DNA of 64,000 nt from Cyanophora paradoxa CCMP329 (lineage: Eukaryota; Plantae; Glaucophyta), in contig QPMI01000569.1 in NCBI GenBank assembly GCA_004431415.1, positions 186,001 to 250,000 on the forward strand, read 5' to 3'. A program made the translations under genes and the position numbers. The first letter of the stretch is position 1, and each line of letters begins with the position of its first letter. The notes below the pieces were generated by a model. It worked only from the letters and a program-made list of their open reading frames with translations. It was not told the origin of the DNA and searched no databases. Positions 14,131 to 29,600 of the stretch are shown here, one piece after another.

Positions 14131-15927
14131 CTGGCACACTGCGAAGCCGGACTCACATGTTAGCGGCCCGCGGGGACAAAAGCTTGATTCGATAGGCTCG
14201 GGCGGACTGCGCACATGCGGAGGCGGCGTGTGCGGGCTCGAGTCCCGATGGGGTCCTTCAAGTAATCGGACTTCCGGACGTTGGTCCACTCCGTGCGTGG
14301 GGCATCCCGCGCCAGGGGCCGCTCGCGATCGGGAGCCCGCGAAGCGTGCAGGTGCGCGCTCGTCAGCGCATGCGGCTGGGGCGGAGGGGCCTGCTGCGAT
14401 ATCGATACGGCCGACGCATGCGCAGCCGACGCGGCGGGTGCCGAGCGCGATGATGCCTGCAGCTGCGCCAGCCCCGATGAGGCCGTTACGGTGCCCCGGC
14501 GGTGCGATGCATCGATTTCCTCGCTGTCGGGCTGTGGAGGGTGATTATTAGAATTTGTTCAACGCGAACGCGCCGTCCTGCCTCTTCTCCCGCTCGCACC
14601 TTCCGTTGATCTCCAACCGCGAAGCGAGCAGTCCGATCGCGAGAGTTCTGCTGGAGGGGTCCCGGGACCTGAGCGGTCGCCGCTGCAGTGGACCTTCCGG
14701 CGGCGGGCTGGGCTGGTGCAGCGGGGAGCGTGCTCGTTGCCGGCTGGCCATGGGGCGGGGGGCCGGGAGGGCCGGAGAGGGTGCCTGGAAGCGAGATGGG
14801 AAATGGGTGGCCCCCGAGTGCCGCTTGCGAAGCTGCGATAAGCAGCATGGCCTGCCGCCCCACTGCGCGCGCGCATGTTGCGCGCTGTCAGATGCGAGCG
14901 TCGATATCACATAGAATGTCGCAGGCCTAGGCCTATGGTGTCGCAGGCCTACGTCTAATTATATGGGCGCACTGATAGCGGCCTGCTGGGCGCTGAGGAT
15001 GAGGCTGACGAAAAGACGGTCAATATTAATATTAATCAGGAGCTCAGAGACTTGAACTTCGACGCGGGCCGGCGCGGGGCCAAGGACGCACAGCTCGCGG
15101 TGGATGTCGGCGGGGTCGGTCGGAGCGGGCCGGTCTTCACCGGTACCGCCCACTGCAGCTGTCAGGAAGTGCGCCTGGAGCGCCGTGTACGACTCGTCTG
15201 GGCCTCGCGGTCAAGGCGCTGGGCAATCGCCGTCGCGGTCACATCACACACCATGCACGTGGCCAGCGTTCAGAGCCACCTGGCCATGGCCTCCCAAAGA
15301 GCGCCCGGCGGCGGCGGCTGGCCTGGAAGCCGTACGCGTCGAGACTGATGAGAGCTGCCAAGGGCCGCTACGTATACTGCTTTCAACTTCGGCAGCTGCA
15401 GGAGTTGGAACGACTTGGCCGCGCGGTGCACGTGGCGCGACACAGGCGTTCCCCATCGTCCTGGCCTTCAGCCCCGGCCCGGCCCGCCGCGCGCGCGCCT
15501 GGGAAAGCTACAGATACGTAGCTATAGTACGAACTCGGAACTCGGAACAAAGCAGCTGCAGGCAGATGCGCGCTTCTAGTACACTGATGATGCTTCAGCT
15601 AGCGCTGCAGCTTTACTTATACCGATTAGGTAGCTAGCGGAGCGCCGGAGAACCGACGCTGCACGTCTACCGAATCGTAGTACCGATTAGGTAGCTAGCG
15701 GAGCGCCGGAGCGCATGAGTCGGTGCCACGGTGACTCATGCAAATGCATACTGCGGCATTGGCAGGCAATGGCAGCATACTGTCTCATCAGTGTGCATTA
15801 ATATGGCTGCCGCACTGCGGCATTGCTGCGTGCACTGCGGCACCGTGGGCCCGCGTGGGCCGTGGCACCACTGGCAACAGTGGCAAGTGCCAGTGCCACG
15901 GTGACTCATGAATCATGATCAGTCACT

Positions 15928-16697
15928 GGGCCGTATTTCGCTGTCGCCCACTACGTAGTGAAAATTAACTGCGGGGAAAAAAGTGTGATGCCATGATGAT
16001 GTAAGTGTCGCCTCGGTGCCGCTTCCTCCGAGCTCGTAGTGTGTTGATACTTTGCGTACCCGTCCGCTACTGGCTTTCCATTGGCTGTTTCACTAGAAAT
16101 CCTAAGAACGTAGCTTACGATGACGGGCGCTAATCGTAAATTATAAAGAATTAGCGCCCGCGTAAGCTACGTCGAGACTCGAAATTACTTCGAAATTAAC
16201 CTGACATCATGCAAAACGTGACATCACCATCATGTTTTAACTACGTAGTGCTTACGTAGCGCGGCTCCCATATAGGGTTGGTGAATTTCATGAAATTCAA
16301 AATTTTGGCGTTGAAACTGAAAGTCGACCCTTTGAAAGCTTTGAAAATTCAATTGAAATTTCAACCCGCAGTGCAGCTCTTATAGAGACTCTACGCACTG
16401 ATGAGAGTCTCTTTCACTCATAATCGACTCCACGCTAAGCTCTATCACAGTCTTCGAGTTTCTGAACGGGCTGGGAGGGCTCCTGGGAAGGCCGGGGGGG
16501 CAGGGAAGGGGAAGCGAAGGTGGGGAAACGGACAAATTCAATATATTTTATTATTTTTATATTCTATTTCAATGCAATTTCAACAGGCGGCATTGAAAGT
16601 GAAATTGAAATTTCAATTTCAATGTAATTTCAATGGCTTGAAATTTCAAGCTGCCAACCCTACTCCCATACAAATCCCCGACAGCGAAATACGGCCC
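15928..16697. mobile_element. Non-autonomous TIR element (PIF/Harbinger-like MITE) containing a nested hAT MITE
   Basis: Perfect 19-bp TIR GGGCCGTATTTCGCTGTCG / CGACAGCGAAATACGGCCC; internal imperfect hairpin at ~16107-16172. No clean TSD, so the superfamily call is tentative. Confidence 0.7.
16273..16662. mobile_element. hAT-type MITE (TAGGGTTGG ends)
   Basis: TIR TAGGGTTGG / CCAACCCTA; 8-bp TSD CTCCCATA at 16265-16272 and 16663-16670; subterminal TTGAAATTTCAA-like repeats at both ends. Confidence 0.85.
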
Positions 16698-17038
16698 TGA
16701 GTCATCATCAGTGTCAGATTCAGTGAGTGTCGGTCCGAGCCTCCGAGGCCGGTCAGCGCGAGCCAATCTTAACTTTGGGCCTTTGGCAAGCTTAAGGCGA
16801 GCCGAGCTCGAGCCGCTCGAGCCGAGCTCGAGCCTCGAGCCGCCGCGCTCGCGATCGATCGCGAGGCTACCGTGTAACACTTAATTAATGCGCCAGTAAT
16901 TAATGCGTTTTTGGACCCGGACCCCTATTATGGCTATTAATGCGGCACCGAATTAATGCGTTTTGCAGCTTTTTGGCTGCGGTAGGGGGGTACATACAGC
17001 AGTTTCTTAGCGTTTCGATATTAATGCGGTCCCAAATT

Positions 17039-17087
17039 AGCCAGGCTCGCTCGAGCCAGGCTCGCTCGAGCCAGGCTCGCTCGAGCC
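17039..17087. repeat. 15-bp tandem repeat x3 (AGCCAGGCTCGCTCG)
   Basis: Read directly; related CTCGAGCC clusters at 16800-16842 and 20160-20230. Confidence 0.9.
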
Positions 17088-17746
17088 GAAGCTCTAGATC
17101 TAGAGTCGCGACTACTAGGCTAGGGCTAGGTTCAGTGCGCACGTGGAGCCCCCGGCGCGGGCCGGGTCCGACGGTCCACTCAGTCAGTGGACTTTTTGCG
17201 TCAAACTCACTCATGACTACCTAATTATATATAAATCGACCTAAATCGATATCGACCTAAATCGATATCTCGCTGAGCTTCAAGGCACTACGTGCCTAAA
17301 CTGTTTCCATGCGCTTTCGATATGTTAAGAGTTCCTGCGGCACTCCGACGTTAAGTACCCCCACGACGTTCCACCTAAATTGCTAGGTGGCGGATGGGTC
17401 CTAATTTTTTGGCGCCGGATATATACCCCCCCCCACGCAGCGCTGGCTGAGGTCCGGCTCACTGGCCTCATACGTATACATTTTTCTTTGTGCGAGTGAG
17501 CCAAATTAAAATCTCCACTGGGCCACTGACTGCCAGTGACTGGCCATGGCACGTGCACTGAGCCAGTGCAGTGGCCCGTGGGACCCTCGAGGGCCTCAGG
17601 GCCTCGGGCCCTCCGAGGCTCGACCCTCCGGCCAGTGGGCCTCCCGGGTCCACTGCCAGGCTGGTTTCCGAAGTTCACTGGACCCATGCGCCATGCGGCG
17701 GCCATGGCCATGGCCAGCCGGCCCGGCGGCGGCGGCGGGCGCCCTA

Positions 17747-18152
17747 CTGTAAAGCAGGAAATATTTAAGACCCCAAAGTGTTTAGTAATTCCGTGGTTTG
17801 GTCGGTTTAGTAGGCCTAAAATAATTAAGAGTTCAACGGTTGGTCGCTGAAGCCTTAAGCTTCAGCAGGGGGTTCCGAGGTGCGCGTGGGCGCGGCGCGT
17901 GCAAGGGGGGTTGCTCGACGCCGGCGACGCCGCGTGCTTCTGCACTCCCTTCGAGCAAATTCGGAGCAATTCACCTACCTACGGCCGCGCCGACGTTACT
18001 GCGCTACGTACTATACGGTCTATACCCCCTCCCACGGACCTCAGGTTTAATAGTACCAAAAACTTTAGTACTCATGCTCAGGCCTTAGAACTTTAGTACT
18101 ATTAATATCCAACCTCTTAAATACTATGATCATAGTATTTCCTGCTTTACAG
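17747..18152. mobile_element. TA-flanked MITE (Tc1/mariner/pogo-type), CTGTA family copy 1
   Basis: TA|CTGTAAAGCAGGAAATA ... TATTTCCTGCTTTACAG|TA; internally homologous to 19734-20114. Confidence 0.9.
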
Positions 18153-18418
18153 TATTAGTAGTCGCGACTGGCGACGGCGAGGCTGGGGGCGAGCCTCGGA
18201 GTCGACGTCCGACGGTCTCGCGATCGCGACTCCCGTGACTCAGTGAATCCCGTCTCGCAAATCGCCGCTTTTTAATCGCGATACCGTATCGATCGCGAAT
18301 ATTTTAATCGCGACTCGGGAATCTCCATCGCGAGCATGCGATAGGCTAGGCTATAGGAATCTTTGGAATCTTTCGAATTCATATTCGAATTCGTCGATCG
18401 CCGCGCGATCTGTGGGAC

Positions 18419-18947
18419 CAGTGATGAGTCTCTAATTTATAATACAAAATAATACTCATTTATATAATTATTATAATAAACATTACTGTAATAGTCCCAG
18501 GGCGGCAGTTATCGATAACAATAAAATAACCGGGGGGATACAGGCTACAAACACTCTAAACGCTGCGTAATTCATGCTTAGCAACGCCTACGTCAAAGAG
18601 AAACGATGTGCAGCAAGCTATAAGAGTCGTACAGCATCTTTGGCGTTCCGGCAGGTCGCCCGCCCGCCCGTCCAGCCACAGGGGTACAGTGGCCCAGTGG
18701 GTACGGCGCCTCCCTCTGGAGAAACCACGGGAATTAGATGTCTGCATTCTGAAATCCACAGTATAATAGCTTAGGCGATGTTCTTATCCCTTTTCTAACG
18801 TTTTCGAGCTGTACTGTGAGGTGCGGGGGTGCCCTCTCTATGGAGCGTTATTTATAATACGCTAATCGTTATAATAATATTATATAACGTTAGTGTAATA
18901 TTATAATAAAAGTGCGGATTTTGGTCTAATCTGTAATCCCATCACTG
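18419..18947. mobile_element. hAT-type MITE (CAGTGATG ends)
   Basis: TIR CAGTGATG / CATCACTG; 8-bp TSD TGTGGGAC at 18411-18418 and 18948-18955; AT-rich subterminal TTATAAT repeats. Confidence 0.88.
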
Positions 18948-19190
18948 TGTGGGACAGTGGGACTCGAGTCACTCGACTCATTCGAGCGGGACCCGGGAGT
19001 CGAGCCGAGCCTCGGAGCCTGCTGCCGAGGCCTAGGCGAGTTCAAATTTTCCAACTTGAGTCGTGTTCAAACTTACAAACACCGCGTACGGGTACACGAA
19101 AGCAAACTCAATCGATCACTCTGACAATTATACCATTCAATTGATCTGCGCTTACTGCGCTTAAAAGTTTTATAACGCAGTACTGCGCAG

Positions 19191-19706
19191 CAGTGATGTT
19201 AACCTTACCAGTAATATTCTGTAATATACATTATAATAATGCATTATAATAATATTATTGTAATAGTGCCACTTTCCGGGGTTACCGGTAAGGTGTATTA
19301 CAGGTTGGAAAGACCCCCTTATTTCACGAGCAGCAGCGCTCTGCGACGTACCTACACGTTATTTACCAACATATAAGCTATATTTGACAGTTCTGATGAC
19401 CAGGAAGCTCTTTAACAGCCCCGTTCGACCTTGCTTGATGGGGTACCCCTGTTGCGTGCCTCAAAAGGCCTCTTAAACCATGTTAGCAATAAGCTTAAAG
19501 TCACATCTTGCATGTTTCACGTGATAAGAGAGTGTTTCGGACAGATTAGCATCAAGAATAAGCAGCGCAGGGCTCCAGGAATGGGGTTTCTATGAGGTAT
19601 TACAGGTAATTATAATATAGTATAATATTAGTAAGGTTTATTATAATACCATTAAACATTATCGGTAATAGTGCATTTTTGGGATTAATTAGTAATAACA
19701 TCACTG
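19191..19706. mobile_element. hAT-type MITE (CAGTGATGTTA ends)
   Basis: TIR CAGTGATGTTA / TAACATCACTG; 8-bp TSD CTGCGCAG at 19183-19190 and 19707-19714; same architecture as 18419-18947. Confidence 0.88.
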
Positions 19707-19733
19707 CTGCGCAGCCTGCGCTTAAAAGTTTTA

Positions 19734-20114
19734 CTGTAGAACGGGTAATATTTAAGACCCCAAAATATTTAGTAATCCCGAGTTTTGGCCGGTTTAGTAG
19801 CCTGAAAATATTTAAGACTTGGCCGCGGAGCGCTTTAGTAGGGAGCTTTAGTCGGCGGACGCATCAGGCCAAGGCGTGGCCGGGCGGCTGGATGGACGCT
19901 CGTCGCTCGAGCTCGGAGGCGACGCTGCGCGCTTCTGCACTCCCTTCGGCGGCATGCTTCTCCCGCGCTGCAACTACGGCTGCGCCGACGCGACAGAGCT
20001 ATGTACCCCCCCCCCACGCGGTTCAGGTTTAATATACGGTAAATATTTAGTACTCAGACCTCAAAACTTTGGTACTAAAAAGATCCAGTATACTAAATAT
20101 TTCCCGATCTACAG
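19734..20114. mobile_element. TA-flanked MITE, CTGTA family copy 2
   Basis: TA|CTGTAGAACGGGTAATATTTA ... TAAATATTTCCCGATCTACAG|TA. An empty-site paralog of the flanks lies at 19155-19182. Confidence 0.92.
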
Positions 20115-20248
20115 TATAACGCAGTAATTTGGTAGCGCAGTAGCCGGCTCGTGGCGAGGGGCGGCTCGCTCGAGCCGGCGGCTCGAGCCGAGAGGGAAAT
20201 CGAAGGGCTGGCCATGCATATGGCTCGAGCCAGGGCCGGGGGGCGAGC

Positions 20249-20686
20249 TTTTTTTGGTAAATTACCGGCCATGGCCACATACAGTCTCGATCTAGACACC
20301 AGCACTGCGGGGGGCTTCCCAGGGGGGCCTGAGGGGGCACAGGGACAAAAGAGACAAATTAAAGTAACTAATATAAGACAAGAGCACGAAGAAAGACAAG
20401 ACAAAGCTTTAATTAAGAGCCAAAATCGACAATAAAATTAAAGCTTAAGCTGAATATATAATTATAAGAGGATCTGGAAACTTTGAAAGACACGCGTATA
20501 CGTACGTATACGCCGTGACGTGCACAGAGACAGATCGATCGAGAGAAGATCTATAGCTAGCTATTTACTATGATAGAGACGAGAAGCGAACCAGCTGCAG
20601 ACCGAGCGCTATATAGCTAGCAGATTTAGTGCCGGTGACAGATCTAGCTAGAGGATGAGAGACGCGAAGAATTCGAATTCGAAGAG
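20249..20686 (-). mobile_element. Decayed, 5'-truncated 3' end of the LINE family found at 52189-58921
   Basis: Poly(T) followed by GGTAAATTACCGGCCA...TAGACACCAGCACTGCGGGGG...GACAAGAGCACGAAGAAAGA...GAGCCAAAATCGACAATAAAA. This is the reverse complement of ~58683-58921, interrupted by many short insertions. Confidence 0.9.
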
Positions 20687-20917
20687 CAACGTTATCGTTT
20701 TACTTAACATTAATATTGCCGATGCTTAATTATAATTTACGGCAATTTAAAACTATAGCTACGGCTTGTCACAGTGTACTAGCCGAGCTGTAGCCTCGAG
20801 CTCAGGGCCTGTAGAGTCAGTGTAGACTACGTACCGCCGAGTAGTACGCCTATACTCTGCTGTACATGTACGTGTACTCTGCAGACTGCAGCTGGCTTGT
20901 ACTCTGCTGCTAGACTA

Positions 20918-21166
20918 CTGTAGAACTACTTAATTTAGTACAGGAAAAATATTAGTACTTCGCCACTGTAAATGTGGCGCCGGCACTTTAACAGCTGGTA
21001 AATTTTTAGTAGGTCAGCTTTCGCAGGGCTTTTGTATGGCGGAGAATGGTGGTACCCCTACAAATTCTCGGCTTTAGCAGGCGGGAAATACTTAGTAGAT
21101 CGCCCAAGAACCGTGAACTTTTAGTACTATAAATATGCAGTGCACTAAATATTTCTAGTTCTACAG
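20918..21166. mobile_element. TA-flanked MITE, CTGTA-ended
   Basis: TA|CTGTAGAACTA ... TAGTTCTACAG|TA. Confidence 0.8.
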
Positions 21167-21478
21167 TAGTAACTTTTCTGGCCTCCAGGCCGGAAATCCT
21201 CCGGTGCAGTGCGTGCACTACTCAGTCTAACAGACTCTAACTTTTAGTAACTCAGATCTCGAACCTCCCGGAGTCCTGGCCTGGAGATCTATATCTACCC
21301 GGTAGACTGAGAAGCTTAAGACCGGCGGACTCCGAAACACCGGTACCGGCCGCGCCGCCGCGGGCGATCGCCGACTACTACGACGCCTAGTCTTCTTGAT
21401 TTCCGAGGTGCTAAAGATGGGACCAGCGCTCGGCCCCACTTACAAGTTAGTACTTGGGCCGATTATTTTCCTCCTCAC

Positions 21479-25586
<4,108 letters not shown>

Positions 25587-25645
25587 TTCATCTCCACCAG
25601 ATCAGTTACATGATAGTTAGACTGTTTTGTTTAGAAAACTATTAC

Positions 25646-25730
25646 TTTGGGTGATTTACCGGCCACAGTCTCTAGCTATATATATAGATCTAGACATGTA
25701 CACCAGCACTGAGCACTGCATGCGCGGGGG
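25646..25730 (-). mobile_element. Very short 3'-terminal fragment of the same LINE family
   Basis: TTTGGGTGATTTACCGGCCACAGTCTCTAG..ACA..CCAGCACTG..CGGGGG matches the reverse complement of ~58869-58915, with insertions. Confidence 0.85.
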
Positions 25731-26645
25731 GGAGGGGGGGGGGAGGGGGGGGGAGGGGGGGGGGCGGCTAAGTAATATTTTATATATACACATACACTTC
25801 GTTCTCGCAGCCCCGGGGGCCCCTCTTCAAGCCCCTCTTTAACTTCAGGCTCTCTCCCACTCGGTGTCCTCAGCTGCGGCTGCCGGCTCCCCACACGTGC
25901 ACCGTCCTCGCGATCGCTCCGGATCCCCACCGTACGTAACATTCAATAATTTCGTAGGCGCATTGCCCCAGATCCCATCAGGCCTTCGACGTCGACCGTC
26001 CCTCGTGCGCATGCGGCCGGGGGCCCCACGGCCGGGGGCCCTCTCTTATCAACGTTAACAGCGAACCGCGGGGCCGGAGGCCTAGCAGGCTTCACGCCTA
26101 GCTCTTGGAAAAACCGCTTGCAACGGATTCGTCGATCACCGTGTTTTTGAGCGCTTGCAATAAGAATGCTGGGCCCGGGTACGTATACGAGCCCGAGGAA
26201 AGACAAGCGATCGCGGTCAATGTTTCGTGACACGTGAAAGAATTGTGGCCATGGATTCAGATTTTAACTTAACGCGTACGTAATTAAATTTAATTCTCTC
26301 TCGAGCTCAGTCGATCGCAATCGATCACGATTTCACTCCGAAGTTCCTAGCTATATAGCTAGTTCCGAGCCATCGCGCCCGGGGCCGGGGCCCGCGATCG
26401 CGATCGCCTTAAGCGTCAAAAAGGCTTTTCCGACGTCGACGGTCAATATTCGATTTCCGATGATCGTGATTAGATCTAAAGCAATTATATTCGTACAATT
26501 GCAATATATATATATGTTATTCATGATCAGCCGTGATTGAGTGATCATGTGCAAATGATTTCTAGCTCTTTATTTTCTCGGAAACGAAAGCCGGACGTCG
26601 ACGTCGACATAATCTAGATCTGTCTAGATCTGTAGAGAACACTCC

Positions 26646-29600
26646 CTAGAAAAACTGAGAATTCCGAAGTCTGGAAAAGCTCATATATGCATTCCCGGAA
26701 GGCCAACAAATCAACATGTACAACAAGATATCGCGATCTATCCTGCACAAAAGCAACGGTCTCGTACAGGTACACATGTTTTCTAGTCCCCTCGGCTCGA
26801 GTGCGCGTGGCTCAGCCGGGCCCCACGCCGCGGCGGGGCCGGGGGAGGCAGGGCGCGGCGTGCGCGCGGGGCGGGCGGGGGCCCCCCGGTCAGGCGGGGG
26901 CCGGGGGGCCGGGCCGGGGCCGGGGCGCGGGGCCCCCGGGGCGAGGGCGGCGGCGCAGGCGTCGAGGGAGAGGCGGAGGAACTGCACCCGCGGGTGGTCC
27001 GGGGGGTACACCCCGGGGAAGCCCGAGTAGGCCTGCGCCCCGCGCCCGCCCCGCCCCGCAGCGCGCGTCAGAACGGCCGCCAAGACCGCGCGGAGGGTGG
27101 GGGCGCTCCCCCGCGCCAGAGAGGCGGGCTGGGGCGCGAGAGCGTCCTAGAAACGGGGTTCTTCTTAAGATCAAGCGCGGCCTAAGATAGGGTTTTTGGT
27201 TCGGCCTGGAATGCGGCTCTCAAGTCTTATCTCCTAGTCTTGTCTCGGGCCTGGGGCGGGGCGGGGCGGGGCGGGGCGGGGCGGACGGCGAGGGCGTCGC
27301 GGAAGGCGTCGGCGGCGCGCGCGAAGTCGCCCTCCCGCACCCGCACCCGCCCCGCCACGTGCAGGTAGTGGCCCAGCAGCGGCGTCCCGCCCCTGACCGG
27401 CCCGCCGGCCTCGGCGGGGGCGGGGCCGGGCCGCGCGGGGCGGGCGGGGCGGGCGGGGCGGGCGCACGCCCAGTCGAAGAGGCGGTGGAGGCCGAGGGCG
27501 AAGCGAAGGCCGCGCAGCACCGCCGCGCCCCGCGTGCTGCCCCCGCCCCCGTCGGCCGCCGGCCCGGGCGCCCCGGGGGGCTCCAGGGGGGCGGGGCGGG
27601 GCGGGGCGCACTCGCGGAAGTTGACGATGAAGCCCGTGACGAAGTCGGAGAGGGGCGACCAGGGGACCCCCGCCGACCGCGCCACCCCCTCCCGGTACCA
27701 CTGCCCCGCCCGCCTCGCGCCGGGCCGGGCGGGCGGGGCGGGCGGGGGGGCGGGCGGGGGCGGGGGTACCTGGACGGCGCGGACGAGGGAGCCGCGGTGG
27801 AGGTGGATCGCCGTGAACACGAAGGGCACCGCCGCCTGCACGATCCCTGCGCCCCGCCCCGCGTGTGGGGGGGTGCGCCCGAGGCTGGCGCAGTGCGGAC
27901 CGGTGTCGGCGTGGGAGGCGGGGAGGGCGTCGAGGGCGGCGGACGTGGAGGCCAGCAGCGACTCGGCCGGGAAGCCGCGCTTGCACGCGTACACCACTGG
28001 CAGGGGCCCGCGCGTGAGGGCGGCGTCGCGAGGGGTGGGGGGGTCAAGGGGGGCCGAGGGGGGTACGGGGCGCACGGAGGGTGTAGCGGCACCAGAACTC
28101 GAGGACGCGGTCGGCCTCCCCCTCCTGGAACCAGTAGACCGAGTCCACGACCTGGGTACGGCGTTCGAGCGGGGAGTGGGGGTACGCCCCGGTCCCTCGA
28201 GGGCGCGGACCTTGGCGGCCTCGGAGAGGAGGTAACGGCGGACTGCAGGGCGGTCGGGGGGGGGGGGGGGGGGGGGGGGGTACGGGGCCGGACCGTAGCT
28301 CTGGCAGATGCTGCGGATGGCCCAGGCCTCGAGGCGGCAGGGGACGAGCCCCGCGTTCCGCAGCACCGACAGGCTGCCGGCGCACGTCGGAGGCGGGGCG
28401 AGCTGAGAGGCGGGAGGGGCGCGGGGGCGCGGTGGCGGACCAGGAGTAGAGGTGGGACACGGCCTCGTCGTCCCGGCGCGCCTGCAGCAGCCGCACGCCC
28501 ACCCAGAAGAGCGCCTGCCCGCCCCGCTGAGAGGAGGGGGGTACGGCGGTGCGGGCTGGGGGGGGGGGTACCTCGGCGTAGAGGGCGGGGCAGAGGGCGC
28601 GGCGGGGCTCGAGGGCCTCCGCCGCGAGCCGCGCGAGCTGCCGCCCCCTCAGAGGGGGGAAAGGGGGGGGGAAGAAGGGAAGGAGTACGTACGGCGAGGA
28701 CGTCGGCGAGGTGGGCGGCGGTGAGGTCGTGGGCTGCCCCCAGGCAGTCCGTCACCAGCCCGCTCGCCAGGGCCCACCCGCGCCGGCACGCCCCCTCCAG
28801 CGCCCCCAGCGGGCCCCCGCACGCCGCCCGCACCCTGCGGGGGGGCCTGATCGAGCAAGCGAGCAAGCAAGGCGAGGGCGGGCGGGGCGGGCGGGGCGGG
28901 GCGGGGCGGACGCGTCGGCGGCGCGGGCGAGGAGGTCGGCGGCGAGGGCGCGCTCGAGGCCCGTCGAGCGCGTCGCAACCCGCATGCTCAGCAGCATCTC
29001 CCGCAGCTGCGCGCGCCCGGGCAGAGGCGTGAGAGGCGGGGCAGAGGCGGACGAGGACGAGGCCCGGGGGCGGGGCGCGGGGGCGGGGCCGGCCTCCACG
29101 TGGCCCTGCGAGGTCGCGCAGAAGCGCGAGTCCAGCACCGGGTGCTCCGCTGCCCGCCCCCCGGCCCCTCTCAGCTTAACGGCTCAAGGGCTGAGCTGGG
29201 GGGGGAGGGGGGTACCGAAGATGCGGGCGAGGCCGTGGACGGCCTCCCGGGAGCCCTCCCGCAGCGGCCCCAGCAGCTGCCGCCCGTGAGGGGGGTACGG
29301 GAGGAAAAGCGAGCGCGGCGGGGGGTACCGCTTCGATGAGGCACTCGCTGGCGCGCCGCTCCTCGGGGCAGAGGTACTCCTCGCGGCGGGCGGCGGCGGG
29401 GGGAAGGGCGCGGGGCGGGCCCCCCGGGCCCCGCGGCGGCGCCGGGGGCTGCCGCCGCGTGACCGGGGCTCGAACGGAGAGGGGTACGCGGCCGACGGAC
29501 CAGGGGGAGGGGCGAGGCCGCCCAGGCGTCGGCGGCCGTCGGCGCTCCGATCGGCAGCGGCGGTACGAGGAACGCCGACTCGATCCGCTGCGGCGGAAGT

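Noticed and set aside
14130-15640. Separate gene or TROVE domain upstream of DUF4062
   Set aside because: No recognisable motifs; may be low-complexity 5' exons of the NACHT gene but unresolved.
17185-17520. Possible further CAGTGGA-ended hAT MITE
   Set aside because: The ends are only loosely complementary and there is no matching 8-bp TSD.
19152-20127. Parvovirus-like flip/flop hairpin termini around 19191-19706
   Set aside because: More simply explained by a hAT MITE with a palindromic 8-bp TSD inside a small tandem duplication.
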